From contig CAYOSQ010000002.1 in assembly GCA_964406665.1 (NCBI GenBank), forward strand, positions 182,219 through 246,218: DNA of 64,000 nt, in the 5' to 3' direction. The notes under the pieces were generated by a model. The model worked only from the letters and a program-made list of their open reading frames with translations. It was not told the DNA's origin and did no database searches. Of the stretch, positions 47,495-55,966 are shown one piece after another. Origin of the DNA: an uncultured Planctomycetia bacterium (GTDB lineage Bacteria; Omnitrophota; Gorgyraeia; VGKH01; JBHPFN01). How positions within the stretch are numbered: position 1 is the stretch's first letter; each line of letters begins with the position of its first letter. The translations under genes and the position numbers were made by a program.

Positions 47495-48925
47495 TTACCT
47501 CATAATTCTCAGTATTTTAAAAGCAACCCTTTTGCCGCTGAGAGCGGCATTAGAAATCCCGCCTTGACCAAAGGCATATGTAAGCCAATGACCGCACAGA
47601 AATAAACCATCAATTTCGGTTTTGTTAGTAACTAATTTAAAGTTTGCTTTGTTTGCCTGGCTAGGAAATGCTGCCCATCCATAAGCAGAGCCATTGAAGT
47701 TTAGGGTGTGTCTAAAAAGATCATAAGGAGTAGCAATTATTTTTAAAGAAATATGTCTAGATAAATTCTCGATTATCTCTTCTGCTCTTTTTATTAAATT
47801 GTGGCTAATTTCATGTTTGTTGTTCTCCCAAAAACTTTCATTCTTAAACGGTGCCATCATCAGGATATGCATGCTTTTTAAGGTAGATCTAGAAACATTG
47901 AATTCTGACAAAGAGCACAAAAGATTATTGCCGGAAAAATTAATGCTCTCTGGATTATTATCCTGCAAATACACGTTATTCATATCAGAAGTTGGATACC
48001 ACAAAGCAGTACATTTTTTCAAACCTAATTCACTAAAAGTATTTTTTAATCCGAGATAAACAAGAAATATCGAAGGCGTAGAAACAAGACTATTAAGTTT
48101 GTTGATATAATTTTTTGCTAAATAATCCTCGCCTATCAAGCTAAAAAAAGTTTGCCGTAAATCACAATTGGAAACAATAAATTTTGACTCCACAAGTTGC
48201 TCATCTATCCTAATCCCCTTAACCTTGTTGTTTGAAATCTTTATTTTGTTAACCTTGCTGGAAAACAAAATGCTGCCCCCAAATTCTTTTAGTTTTTTAG
48301 CCAAGGCCTGGGGAAAAGAAATCATACCTTCTTTTGGATAATAACCACCATTAATTATAAAATCTCGATAGAGAACAACGGCAACCAAAGCAGAAATTGC
48401 CTTCGAAGAAACACCTAAATTACCCAACGGTATGTTTAGGAGATATTTTATTTTCTTATCAGCGAAATATTCATTTAAAAATTCCAAAAAAGTCTTATGT
48501 CTTAACTCATAATAAAGTTGACTATTGCGAGTATTTGTAATAAACATAAAGAAATTTTCAATATTATTTGCTTCCTTGGGAAACGAGCTCTGTAATCCAT
48601 GAATTGTTTTCTTAAGATCATTCCAAAAACAAATCTCATAGTCATGCGTAACTATAATATCTGAAGGATCGATTCTCGTAAATTCAATATCCAAGCTTAA
48701 TTCTTCTACTACATTTCTTAATCTTCCTCCTTTATACATTTCTCCCAAAGAATGTGGCCCTGCATCAAACCTATAGCCATCCCTTTCAAAAGAACTACAG
48801 TATCCTCCAGGCTTATCATTTTTCTCTACTATTAAAACTTTTTTTCCGGCTTTAGCAAGATAGCAACCACAAACAAGCCCACCAATTCCTGCTCCAATTA
48901 TTACAACATCATATTTCTCGCTCAT
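47495..48925 (-). CDS. FAD-dependent oxidoreductase, phytoene desaturase / retinol saturase family
   Basis: IGAGIGGL, EK..KPGG..SSFERDGYRFDAG, GLFLCGHW. Confidence 0.85.
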   Translation of the reverse strand: MSEKYDVVIIGAGIGGLVCGCYLAKAGKKVLIVEKNDKPGGYCSSFERDGYRFDAGPHSLGEMYKGGRLRNVVEELSLDIEFTRIDPSDIIVTHDYEICFWNDLKKTIHGLQSSFPKEANNIENFFMFITNTRNSQLYYELRHKTFLEFLNEYFADKKIKYLLNIPLGNLGVSSKAISALVAVVLYRDFIINGGYYPKEGMISFPQALAKKLKEFGGSILFSSKVNKIKISNNKVKGIRIDEQLVESKFIVSNCDLRQTFFSLIGEDYLAKNYINKLNSLVSTPSIFLVYLGLKNTFSELGLKKCTALWYPTSDMNNVYLQDNNPESINFSGNNLLCSLSEFNVSRSTLKSMHILMMAPFKNESFWENNKHEISHNLIKRAEEIIENLSRHISLKIIATPYDLFRHTLNFNGSAYGWAAFPSQANKANFKLVTNKTEIDGLFLCGHWLTYAFGQGGISNAALSGKRVAFKILRIMR

Positions 48926-49521
48926 CTTATATGTCTCACTGTCTCTGATAAAGGTTTCCTTATAGAACGCTTGCCTTCTTCAATGCGATAACCAAAGGTC
49001 AAGACTGCAATTAGCTCATCAGTAGTATCAAGAAGTTCGTTTATTTCTTTTTGACAAAATAATGGAGTATCCAACCAACAAGAACCAACGCCAAGTGCTT
49101 CTGCAGCAAGTATCATGTTTTGAATTGCAGCAGAAATTGCAGAAAGTTGAGCAGTCTTAATTATTTTAGAAAATTTAGAATAAATTACTTTAAATTTATG
49201 TTTTATTTCTTCCAAATCTCTAGAATTATAAACTAGAATTATAATGGGAGCACCTTTAATTATATTTGATGCTGAATGCAACATGATATTAACACCAGTG
49301 GTTGATTTTTTAGATTCTTTTAGGATTAAATTAGCAATTCTTGCAATTGAATTTTTATTCGAAATAACAATAAATCTCCAAGGTTGAATTTGCAGAAAAC
49401 TGGGGACAGAAGGCCCCCAAGTTCCTGCTTCGACAATCTTATCTATTATTTCACTTGAAATTGGTTTTTCTTTATATCTTCTTATCGTTTTTCTTTGTTT
49501 TATTAATTCTAGAACATCCAT
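48922..49521 (-). CDS. Nitroreductase-family flavoprotein
   Basis: RKTIRRY, QPWRFIV, QNMILAAEALGVGSCW. Confidence 0.88.
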   Translation of the reverse strand: MDVLELIKQRKTIRRYKEKPISSEIIDKIVEAGTWGPSVPSFLQIQPWRFIVISNKNSIARIANLILKESKKSTTGVNIMLHSASNIIKGAPIIILVYNSRDLEEIKHKFKVIYSKFSKIIKTAQLSAISAAIQNMILAAEALGVGSCWLDTPLFCQKEINELLDTTDELIAVLTFGYRIEEGKRSIRKPLSETVRHIR

Positions 49522-49539
49522 ACTTCTTTTACCTCTTTC

Positions 49540-50658
49540 TTAATAGACAGGTCTAGTAGCTTTCCTTGGATTATCTTTTCTAATAAACCCAGATTTGATG
49601 CAATATTCAAAAGCTCGACTAAGATTATTTTTATCGATCGCTGGATATCGAAATCTGTATACTTTAAGCATATCAGCCGTCCTCTTGGCAACAAAATTTG
49701 CCTTATAGTTAAAATACGGAATATGAGGCTCACAGAAGGCACTTTGGATTGCTGTGAGCTCTAAGAAATCAAAATCTTCTTTTGGGATAAACTCAGGCAT
49801 CTTGAAACTAAAATAATCGCTGGCAAGTTTCATAAAAAAACTTAAATTAGTATTTTTTTGGCTGATAATATGAAAAACTCGGCTTCCCTTCTCTTCTGAA
49901 AGTACAATTATAGCTTTTGCAACAGTATCAATATTAATCAAGTTCTGTCCGCAATCTAAATTCGCCGGATATTTATCAAAAATCTCATTAGTAAAATAGC
50001 GTAAAGGTTGATAGACTAATCTGAAACTATTTGTCTTTCCTGTCTTTGAATCACCCATAATCATGCTCGGACGAAAAACTGAGACATTTAGACCTTTTTC
50101 CAGATATTCTTTAACCAACAATTCTGCTTCAAATTTACTCTGTTCATACGTATTGTTAAACCCTTGACCCACATCCAACATAGTCTCATCAAAATCAATT
50201 ACCTTAGTCCCAACTACATACATTGTGCTTATATGATTAACTTTCTTTAACCGTCCTTTCTTTTGACATTCAGCTGCAAAATCTAAAACATTGCGCGTAC
50301 CTTCAACATTTATTTTACGTATCTTTTCAATAGGAACTTTTAATTCAGCTAATGCAGCACTGTGTATAATAATATCAGATTCGAAAAGAAGAAGCTCTTT
50401 GTCTTTCGGGTTAATACCTAAACCAGGTAAAGCAATATCTCCTTCGATTACTTTTAGATTAGAAGCAATGAAATCAGAATCCCACTGTTCATCATATACA
50501 AACCTTAAAGCCTCATCAACTCTCTGATTGGCAGTTTTTCCATCCTTCTGTCGCGCTAGAGCAAAAATTTTGTATCCTTTTTCAAACAATTCTTTAACCA
50601 AAAAACTGCCCAAAAATCCTGTTGCGCCAGTTATAAATACATTTTTCTTAGCTTTCAT
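49540..50658 (-). CDS. Extended SDR, fatty-acyl / thioester reductase-like
   Basis: TGATGFLG, HSAA, NVEGTRN, HISTMYV, YEQSK, RPSMI.GD. Confidence 0.85.
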   Translation of the reverse strand: MKAKKNVFITGATGFLGSFLVKELFEKGYKIFALARQKDGKTANQRVDEALRFVYDEQWDSDFIASNLKVIEGDIALPGLGINPKDKELLLFESDIIIHSAALAELKVPIEKIRKINVEGTRNVLDFAAECQKKGRLKKVNHISTMYVVGTKVIDFDETMLDVGQGFNNTYEQSKFEAELLVKEYLEKGLNVSVFRPSMIMGDSKTGKTNSFRLVYQPLRYFTNEIFDKYPANLDCGQNLINIDTVAKAIIVLSEEKGSRVFHIISQKNTNLSFFMKLASDYFSFKMPEFIPKEDFDFLELTAIQSAFCEPHIPYFNYKANFVAKRTADMLKVYRFRYPAIDKNNLSRAFEYCIKSGFIRKDNPRKATRPVY

Positions 50659-52267
50659 ATGCCCTTACAAGAAGTTCAATAATTAATTTCGTCCCTACCC
50701 CTACTTTACTTTCTAACCTTATATTACCACTATGTTCCTTAATAATATTATATACTATTGACAAACCTAATCCAGTACCTTGTTCTTTTTTTGAATAGAA
50801 CGGTTCAAAGATGCGAGGAAGGTCTTTCTTCTGTATCCCGCACCCAGTATCTTTAATTGAAATCACAGTAAATTGAGAATTAATGTCGCTATTTGAGGTG
50901 CTAACTGTAAGCATACCCTCATCAGGCATAGCATCAATTGCATTTAGAAATATATTCAGGAATGCTTGCTTCAGCTGATTCGAATCTGCCTGTATGTTAA
51001 AATGAGTTGCGCTATATTCCTTCACTAGGTTTATTTTGTGTTTTACTAGCTCATTGCTTAAGAAATTTAAAGTTTCATTCAAGACAACATGAACATCTAC
51101 AACCTGCAACTTCAAAGGTTTTGGTTTAGCAAAATTTAAAAGCTGATGGACCAAGGAATCAATCCGCTCAACCTCAATCCCAACAATCTTAGAGAATTTG
51201 TTTAAAAATTCAGGATCGCTTTTTTTCTCTGGTAAATGTTCTGCAAAGGTTTTTATAGCAGTTAACGGGTTCTTTATTTCGTGTGCCATACCAGATGCAA
51301 ATGTTGCTACTGCTTTTAAGCGTTCGGATCGCTCAATTTCTTTTTCGAAAAGCTGCTTTTCTTCGCTCAAACTCTCCAAAGTGCCTTTAAAAAACTTCTT
51401 ATCCAAAAAATGCTGAATTTTATCCCTTAAAGGATTAAAAACTAAGCCGATTGAGAATACTGCAAGTAGGTTAACAGCAAAAGACTGATATCCAACTAAA
51501 CCCTGAAATAACCTACTAACACTAATAACAAATATTAGATATCCAGCAGTTATAATGGCTGCCAAAACAGAATAGACCAAGCCTTTCTTGATAACAATCT
51601 CAATATCCATAAGATGATGCTTAAGAATTGCGTAAGCAACTATCCCAAGATATGACCCAACTAATATCCATCCAAATGGATATATTTCTATTCCATAATT
51701 AGCAACAAAATCAACAGAGCTCAATGTTAAAATAAAACAAGCAACTATTACATAGCGTATCTGAAATCTTCTTACTAAGGAAATTTTCTCCTTTAAGTAA
51801 TGATTAATCAAAAAAGCAATCAATAAAATAACTAACAAAGCAGTGAAAAATAATAAAAGCGGATGCAGAAGACCCGCCTTAGGATAATGTCCCCAAAAAT
51901 AAACATAAACACCGTCAATGATAAAATCACTTTTCAAAATTAAAACCACTAATAAAATCCAAACAGCATGCATTGTATAAACGAATTTACGATAAGAACT
52001 TATGTTTAAAAATGCCAAAACAAAATCAAAGGCAGCTAAAGGCACGCTTACTATGCCGACATATGCTAATCTTAAGAAAAATTCAGCATTGCTTTTATCG
52101 TTAAAATTATATGCAATCGAAGTAAATAATAGCCAAATAAAAATTGATAGACTCATTAAAAAGAAGTTCTTATTTACTACGCTCTTTCTATCCCTTATAT
52201 AGGTAAAAATACCTAGTAAGAAAATTAGAGCGGTCATAATAAAAGTTGGAATAGAATAAATGCTCAT
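50648..52267 (-). CDS. Sensor histidine kinase with N-terminal 7TM region
   Basis: YFWGHYPKAG sensor loop; AHEIKNPL; DTGCGI; GTGLGL. Confidence 0.92.
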   Translation of the reverse strand: MSIYSIPTFIMTALIFLLGIFTYIRDRKSVVNKNFFLMSLSIFIWLLFTSIAYNFNDKSNAEFFLRLAYVGIVSVPLAAFDFVLAFLNISSYRKFVYTMHAVWILLVVLILKSDFIIDGVYVYFWGHYPKAGLLHPLLLFFTALLVILLIAFLINHYLKEKISLVRRFQIRYVIVACFILTLSSVDFVANYGIEIYPFGWILVGSYLGIVAYAILKHHLMDIEIVIKKGLVYSVLAAIITAGYLIFVISVSRLFQGLVGYQSFAVNLLAVFSIGLVFNPLRDKIQHFLDKKFFKGTLESLSEEKQLFEKEIERSERLKAVATFASGMAHEIKNPLTAIKTFAEHLPEKKSDPEFLNKFSKIVGIEVERIDSLVHQLLNFAKPKPLKLQVVDVHVVLNETLNFLSNELVKHKINLVKEYSATHFNIQADSNQLKQAFLNIFLNAIDAMPDEGMLTVSTSNSDINSQFTVISIKDTGCGIQKKDLPRIFEPFYSKKEQGTGLGLSIVYNIIKEHSGNIRLESKVGVGTKLIIELLVRAYES

Positions 52268-52268
52268 T

Positions 52269-53906
52269 TTAATATCTTTGTTCTTGCTTCGCTGTTGGTA
52301 AGTTGATTAAAAACCTCGTCCCTTTACCAACCTCACTGTCGACAGATAATGTACCCTTATGATTATCAATTATTTCTTTGATTATCACCAGACCAAGCCC
52401 TATCCCTTCTTTTTTTGTAGTGAAGAATGGAGTGAAGAGTTTTTTTTGGTCTTCAACGGAAATACCGCTGCCAGTATCTTTTACGCTAATATTTACGAAT
52501 TTGTCTTCTCGCGAATCAACGCTAATTGACAGCACGCCACCGTCATCCATAGCCTGAACAGAATTTAGGAATAAATTTAAAAATACCTGGCGGAGCTGTT
52601 CGTCATCGCCTTCAACTATTGCCTCATTGACTGAGTAGTCTTTTTTTAAGTTTATTTTCTTCAATTTTAGATTCTCTTCTAAAAGAGAAAGAGTGGCATC
52701 GATTGTATTGATAATGTTTACTTTACCTAAAGATGGATGCGCAGGTTTAGCAAGGCTTAAAAGCTGATTTACTACATTGTCAATTCTGCCTAACTCTTTA
52801 GGAATAAGTTTTTGGAACTTATCTTTATATTCCGGATCATTGGCTTTTTCCGGGAAGTATTCTACAAAAGTCTTTATTGCGGTTAGAGGATTCCTGATCT
52901 CATGAACAACGGAGCTGGCTAAGGTGCCCATATAGGCTAATTTTTCTTTTTGAAAAAGCTGCTCTCTTAAGCGCTCTCTTTCTTGGACTAAGGTTTCAAG
53001 CGTACCTTTAAAAAACTTCTTATCCAAAAAATGCTGGATCCTATCCCTTAAGGGATTAAAAGTTAAAGCAATAGCAAATACTGCAAGAAGATTAACTGCG
53101 AAAGATTGATAACCAACTAAACCCTGAAATAACTTACCAATACCAATGACAAAAATCAAATAACAAGCAGTAATAATAGCTGCTAACACAGAATAAACCA
53201 AACCTTTTTTAATGACAAACTCAATATCCATAAGATGGTGACGAATTATTGCATATCCAATAATTAATGGATATAAGGCAAGTGCAAAATTGGAAAAAGG
53301 ATAAACGTTAAAACCAAAATTAAGCAAAAACATTCCATGTGGCCCCAACCATGCAACTAATGTGCCAAGGATAAAGTATTTTAATTGATTTCGTTTTTCC
53401 CCCGTGGAACTCTTAAAGTGGCCTAATAATAACAAGAATGAGTACAAGAGCAAAAACCAATAAAAGCTTATGTAGAAAAATAAATATATTGGATTTTTAT
53501 TGCTAGGCCAATCATGCCAATAGAATTGATTGAATACCCATCTCCCCTCACCCAAAAAGTAATCGCTGGCAAAAAAAACTAAAAACAAAAATAAGCCTGA
53601 AAAAAGATAAGCGGCAATAAGTAAATATTTTTTCCTTAGCTTAAGAAGCTCTAAGGTAAAATGAAAGAATATTGCCGGACCGAGCACAACGCCAATATTA
53701 GCTATCCGAAACCAAGAAAGAAAGACTTCTCTCGATAAGGTAGTTGAATACTTATATGATCCTATTCCCCACGCTGTTGCTACCACACAAAGACTTATCC
53801 AGATAATACTAATTTTTCTATTTTTTCCTTTTTGAGATACAAGTATTGCTATCGCAAGATTTGAAACTATCACCAATATTGACGAAAAAGCAAATATGTT
53901 CATCAT
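52269..53906 (-). CDS. Sensor histidine kinase with N-terminal 7TM region
   Basis: FNQFYW sensor loop; VHEIRNPL; DTGSGI; GIGLGL. Confidence 0.92.
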   Translation of the reverse strand: MMNIFAFSSILVIVSNLAIAILVSQKGKNRKISIIWISLCVVATAWGIGSYKYSTTLSREVFLSWFRIANIGVVLGPAIFFHFTLELLKLRKKYLLIAAYLFSGLFLFLVFFASDYFLGEGRWVFNQFYWHDWPSNKNPIYLFFYISFYWFLLLYSFLLLLGHFKSSTGEKRNQLKYFILGTLVAWLGPHGMFLLNFGFNVYPFSNFALALYPLIIGYAIIRHHLMDIEFVIKKGLVYSVLAAIITACYLIFVIGIGKLFQGLVGYQSFAVNLLAVFAIALTFNPLRDRIQHFLDKKFFKGTLETLVQERERLREQLFQKEKLAYMGTLASSVVHEIRNPLTAIKTFVEYFPEKANDPEYKDKFQKLIPKELGRIDNVVNQLLSLAKPAHPSLGKVNIINTIDATLSLLEENLKLKKINLKKDYSVNEAIVEGDDEQLRQVFLNLFLNSVQAMDDGGVLSISVDSREDKFVNISVKDTGSGISVEDQKKLFTPFFTTKKEGIGLGLVIIKEIIDNHKGTLSVDSEVGKGTRFLINLPTAKQEQRY

Positions 53907-53964
53907 AAGCTACTTTTTAAATATTCATTCGAGTAAATTCGTATTTGATTCTTATATATTTGCA

Positions 53965-55182
53965 TTAATCATATTTTCTCAATACCAAACATGCATTATT
54001 TCCCCCAAACGCGCTTGAATTATTCATTGCAACATTTACATTTTTTTTCCTTGCCTTATTTGGAACACAATCTATATCACAGTCAGAATCCGGTGTTTCA
54101 TAATTAATTGTAGGTGGGATTATCCCTTTCTTTATTGTAAGACAGCAGACAATTGCTTCAATCGCTGAAGCTGCTCCCATGGTATGACCCAACATTGATT
54201 TAATTGAACTAATGGGAATATCTTTGTAGTTCCCGCCGAAAGCTTTTTTTATTGCTGCGCATTCTGCCTTATCATTCTGAATTGTTCCTGTACCGTGAGC
54301 ACAAATATAATCAACTTCTTCAGGTATAGCCTCAGACTGGGTTAGCGCATTTTTAAAACATTTTGTTATGCCAAATGTAGTTGGCGCTGTCATGTGGTAG
54401 GCATCACAAGATAAGCCACAACCTAAAACCTCAGCATAAATTTCAGCTTTTCTTTCTAAGGCGCTGTCTAATGACTCTAAAATAACAATTCCTGAACCTT
54501 CCCCTGCTAACATTCCCTGCCTATTCTTATCAAAAGGTTGACATTTTTCTGGCGCCATAGCAAAAATTCTGCTGAAACCAGCCATATTAATTCGTGAAAA
54601 AGCATCTGCACCTCCTGCAATTACCATATCAACCTCGTTGACTTTGATTAAATCACTAGCAAAAGAAATGGAATGATTACCTGCTGAACACGCGTTAGGA
54701 AAAAGATAATTACACCCTTCAGATTTTAAATCAAAAGAGATATTTGAAGAGATAGCATTTGAAGGATATTTTGTAATTAATTCTGAATCGATGCCGTTTT
54801 CCCCTTTTTGAAGCCAAAGCTGATCAATTAACTCCATTGTTTGAGCTTCCCCCATCGTTGTTCCTAAACACACACCAACTCTCTCCTTATCAACGCCAAC
54901 AATATCAATCTTAGCATCTTCAAGGGCTAATTTTGATGCAGCTATAGCTAGTTGAGAGGCACGCCCCAAAACCTTTAATTTTCTCCTATCAATAAATTTT
55001 TCAGGAGAGAAATTTTTAATCTCCCCGCCGTAATGACGATCATATTGAGAGGTATCGAAAGATTCTATCTTGCTTATGCCAGACTTACCATTAATGCAAT
55101 TCTTCCAGAATTCCTGCCAGCCAATTCCTATAGAGGAAACAACGCCCAACCCTGTTATAACAACGCGCCTGTTTTTGTTCAT
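53965..55182 (-). CDS. Second FabF-type ketosynthase (start probably MNKNRR)
   Basis: Intact triad NACSAG, AHGTGT, GHTMGA; NNSSAFGG. Confidence 0.9.
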   Translation of the reverse strand: MNKNRRVVITGLGVVSSIGIGWQEFWKNCINGKSGISKIESFDTSQYDRHYGGEIKNFSPEKFIDRRKLKVLGRASQLAIAASKLALEDAKIDIVGVDKERVGVCLGTTMGEAQTMELIDQLWLQKGENGIDSELITKYPSNAISSNISFDLKSEGCNYLFPNACSAGNHSISFASDLIKVNEVDMVIAGGADAFSRINMAGFSRIFAMAPEKCQPFDKNRQGMLAGEGSGIVILESLDSALERKAEIYAEVLGCGLSCDAYHMTAPTTFGITKCFKNALTQSEAIPEEVDYICAHGTGTIQNDKAECAAIKKAFGGNYKDIPISSIKSMLGHTMGAASAIEAIVCCLTIKKGIIPPTINYETPDSDCDIDCVPNKARKKNVNVAMNNSSAFGGNNACLVLRKYD

Positions 55183-55196
55183 TTTATTTAACATTA

Positions 55197-55227
55197 TTGT
55201 CAACAGTCAACTGTCGACAGTCCACGG
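55197..55227. repeat. 7-nt repeat array, 3' flank of four-helix-bundle gene
   Basis: ttgtcaa cagtcaa ctgtcga cagtcca cgg. Confidence 0.8.
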
Positions 55228-55230
55228 TTA

Positions 55231-55587
55231 TCATTTTCTCAAATAGTTCCTAAGCTTTTGTAACATTTTAATAATTATTTCAGCTTCTGAATATAAAGAT
55301 TTAAAATCTTGTTGATTAATAAGTTCTCTTCGTTTACCTAAATATAAACAAGAAACAACTTCAATAGCTGATCTAATTGCGTAACCGATGAATTGCTTAA
55401 ATTCAGCATTGCTTTGACCAGTTGAACCTTCGGCAATGTTCAATGCTATTGAATCAGCAGCTCTTTTTATCTGACTTGATAAAATATATAGCTCTTCTTT
55501 TGGAAATGTCTTTGTCAAACTATTGATACGAGCACTAAATTCAATAGCTTTCTGCCATACTTCTAACTTTTCAAATTTAAAGCCCAT
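55231..55587 (-). CDS. Four-helix-bundle protein (23S rRNA IVP / bAvd-like family)
   Basis: FKFEKLEVWQKA, FPKEELY.LSSQIKRAADSIALNIAEGS. Confidence 0.93.
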   Translation of the reverse strand: MGFKFEKLEVWQKAIEFSARINSLTKTFPKEELYILSSQIKRAADSIALNIAEGSTGQSNAEFKQFIGYAIRSAIEVVSCLYLGKRRELINQQDFKSLYSEAEIIIKMLQKLRNYLRK

Positions 55588-55593
55588 ATTCAC

Positions 55594-55624
55594 CTATCGA
55601 CCATGGACAATAGACCATGGACTA
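55594..55624. repeat. 7-nt repeat array, 5' flank of four-helix-bundle gene
   Basis: cta tcgacca tggacaa tagacca tggacta. Confidence 0.8.
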
Positions 55625-55846
55625 ACCCTTTCTCCGCTCTTGTCTTTTAGAGTTAAACTGCACCTTCTCAACAATCCATTTATCAATCAACTTCTTATGA
55701 AAACGCCAATCATATCCGATTTTAAAACCAGGGATCTTCCCTACCCGCACAAGCTTATACACTGTAGCAGGATGAATCTGCAAATACTCTGCGAGTTCTT
55801 TTATATCCATTATGTCTTTACTAGTGTTTTTTTCAGTCATTTTCAA
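55622..55846 (-). CDS. Excisionase-like (HTH_17/BldC-type) DNA-binding protein
   Basis: MDIKELAEYLQIHPATVYKLVRVGKIPGFKIG.DWRF....IDKW. Confidence 0.9.
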   Translation of the reverse strand: MKMTEKNTSKDIMDIKELAEYLQIHPATVYKLVRVGKIPGFKIGYDWRFHKKLIDKWIVEKVQFNSKRQERRKG

Positions 55847-55899
55847 CCTATGCTAAAGTGAGCCTAAATGAGTCATATTAAGCTTAACTATGTATTATT

Positions 55900-55928
55900 A
55901 ATATAAAATAACCAGGCTATTTTGTCAA
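55900..55928 (-). promoter_or_regulatory. Putative sigma70 promoter heading the signalling cluster
   Basis: TTGACA-N17-TATATT. Confidence 0.65.
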
Positions 55929-55966
55929 GATTTTTTTTAATTAATTGGTTTTTTTAGGAATTTGTT

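Noticed and set aside
47495-48925. Carotenoid biosynthesis gene crtI
   Set aside because: No crtB, crtE or other isoprenoid genes nearby; only family-level similarity is supported.
44900-55587. Diversity-generating retroelement suggested by bAvd-like proteins
   Set aside because: No reverse transcriptase and no TR/VR pair differing at adenines were seen.
55622-55846. Prophage or ICE boundary suggested by the excisionase-like gene
   Set aside because: No integrase, att repeats, tRNA, phage or conjugation genes in the window.
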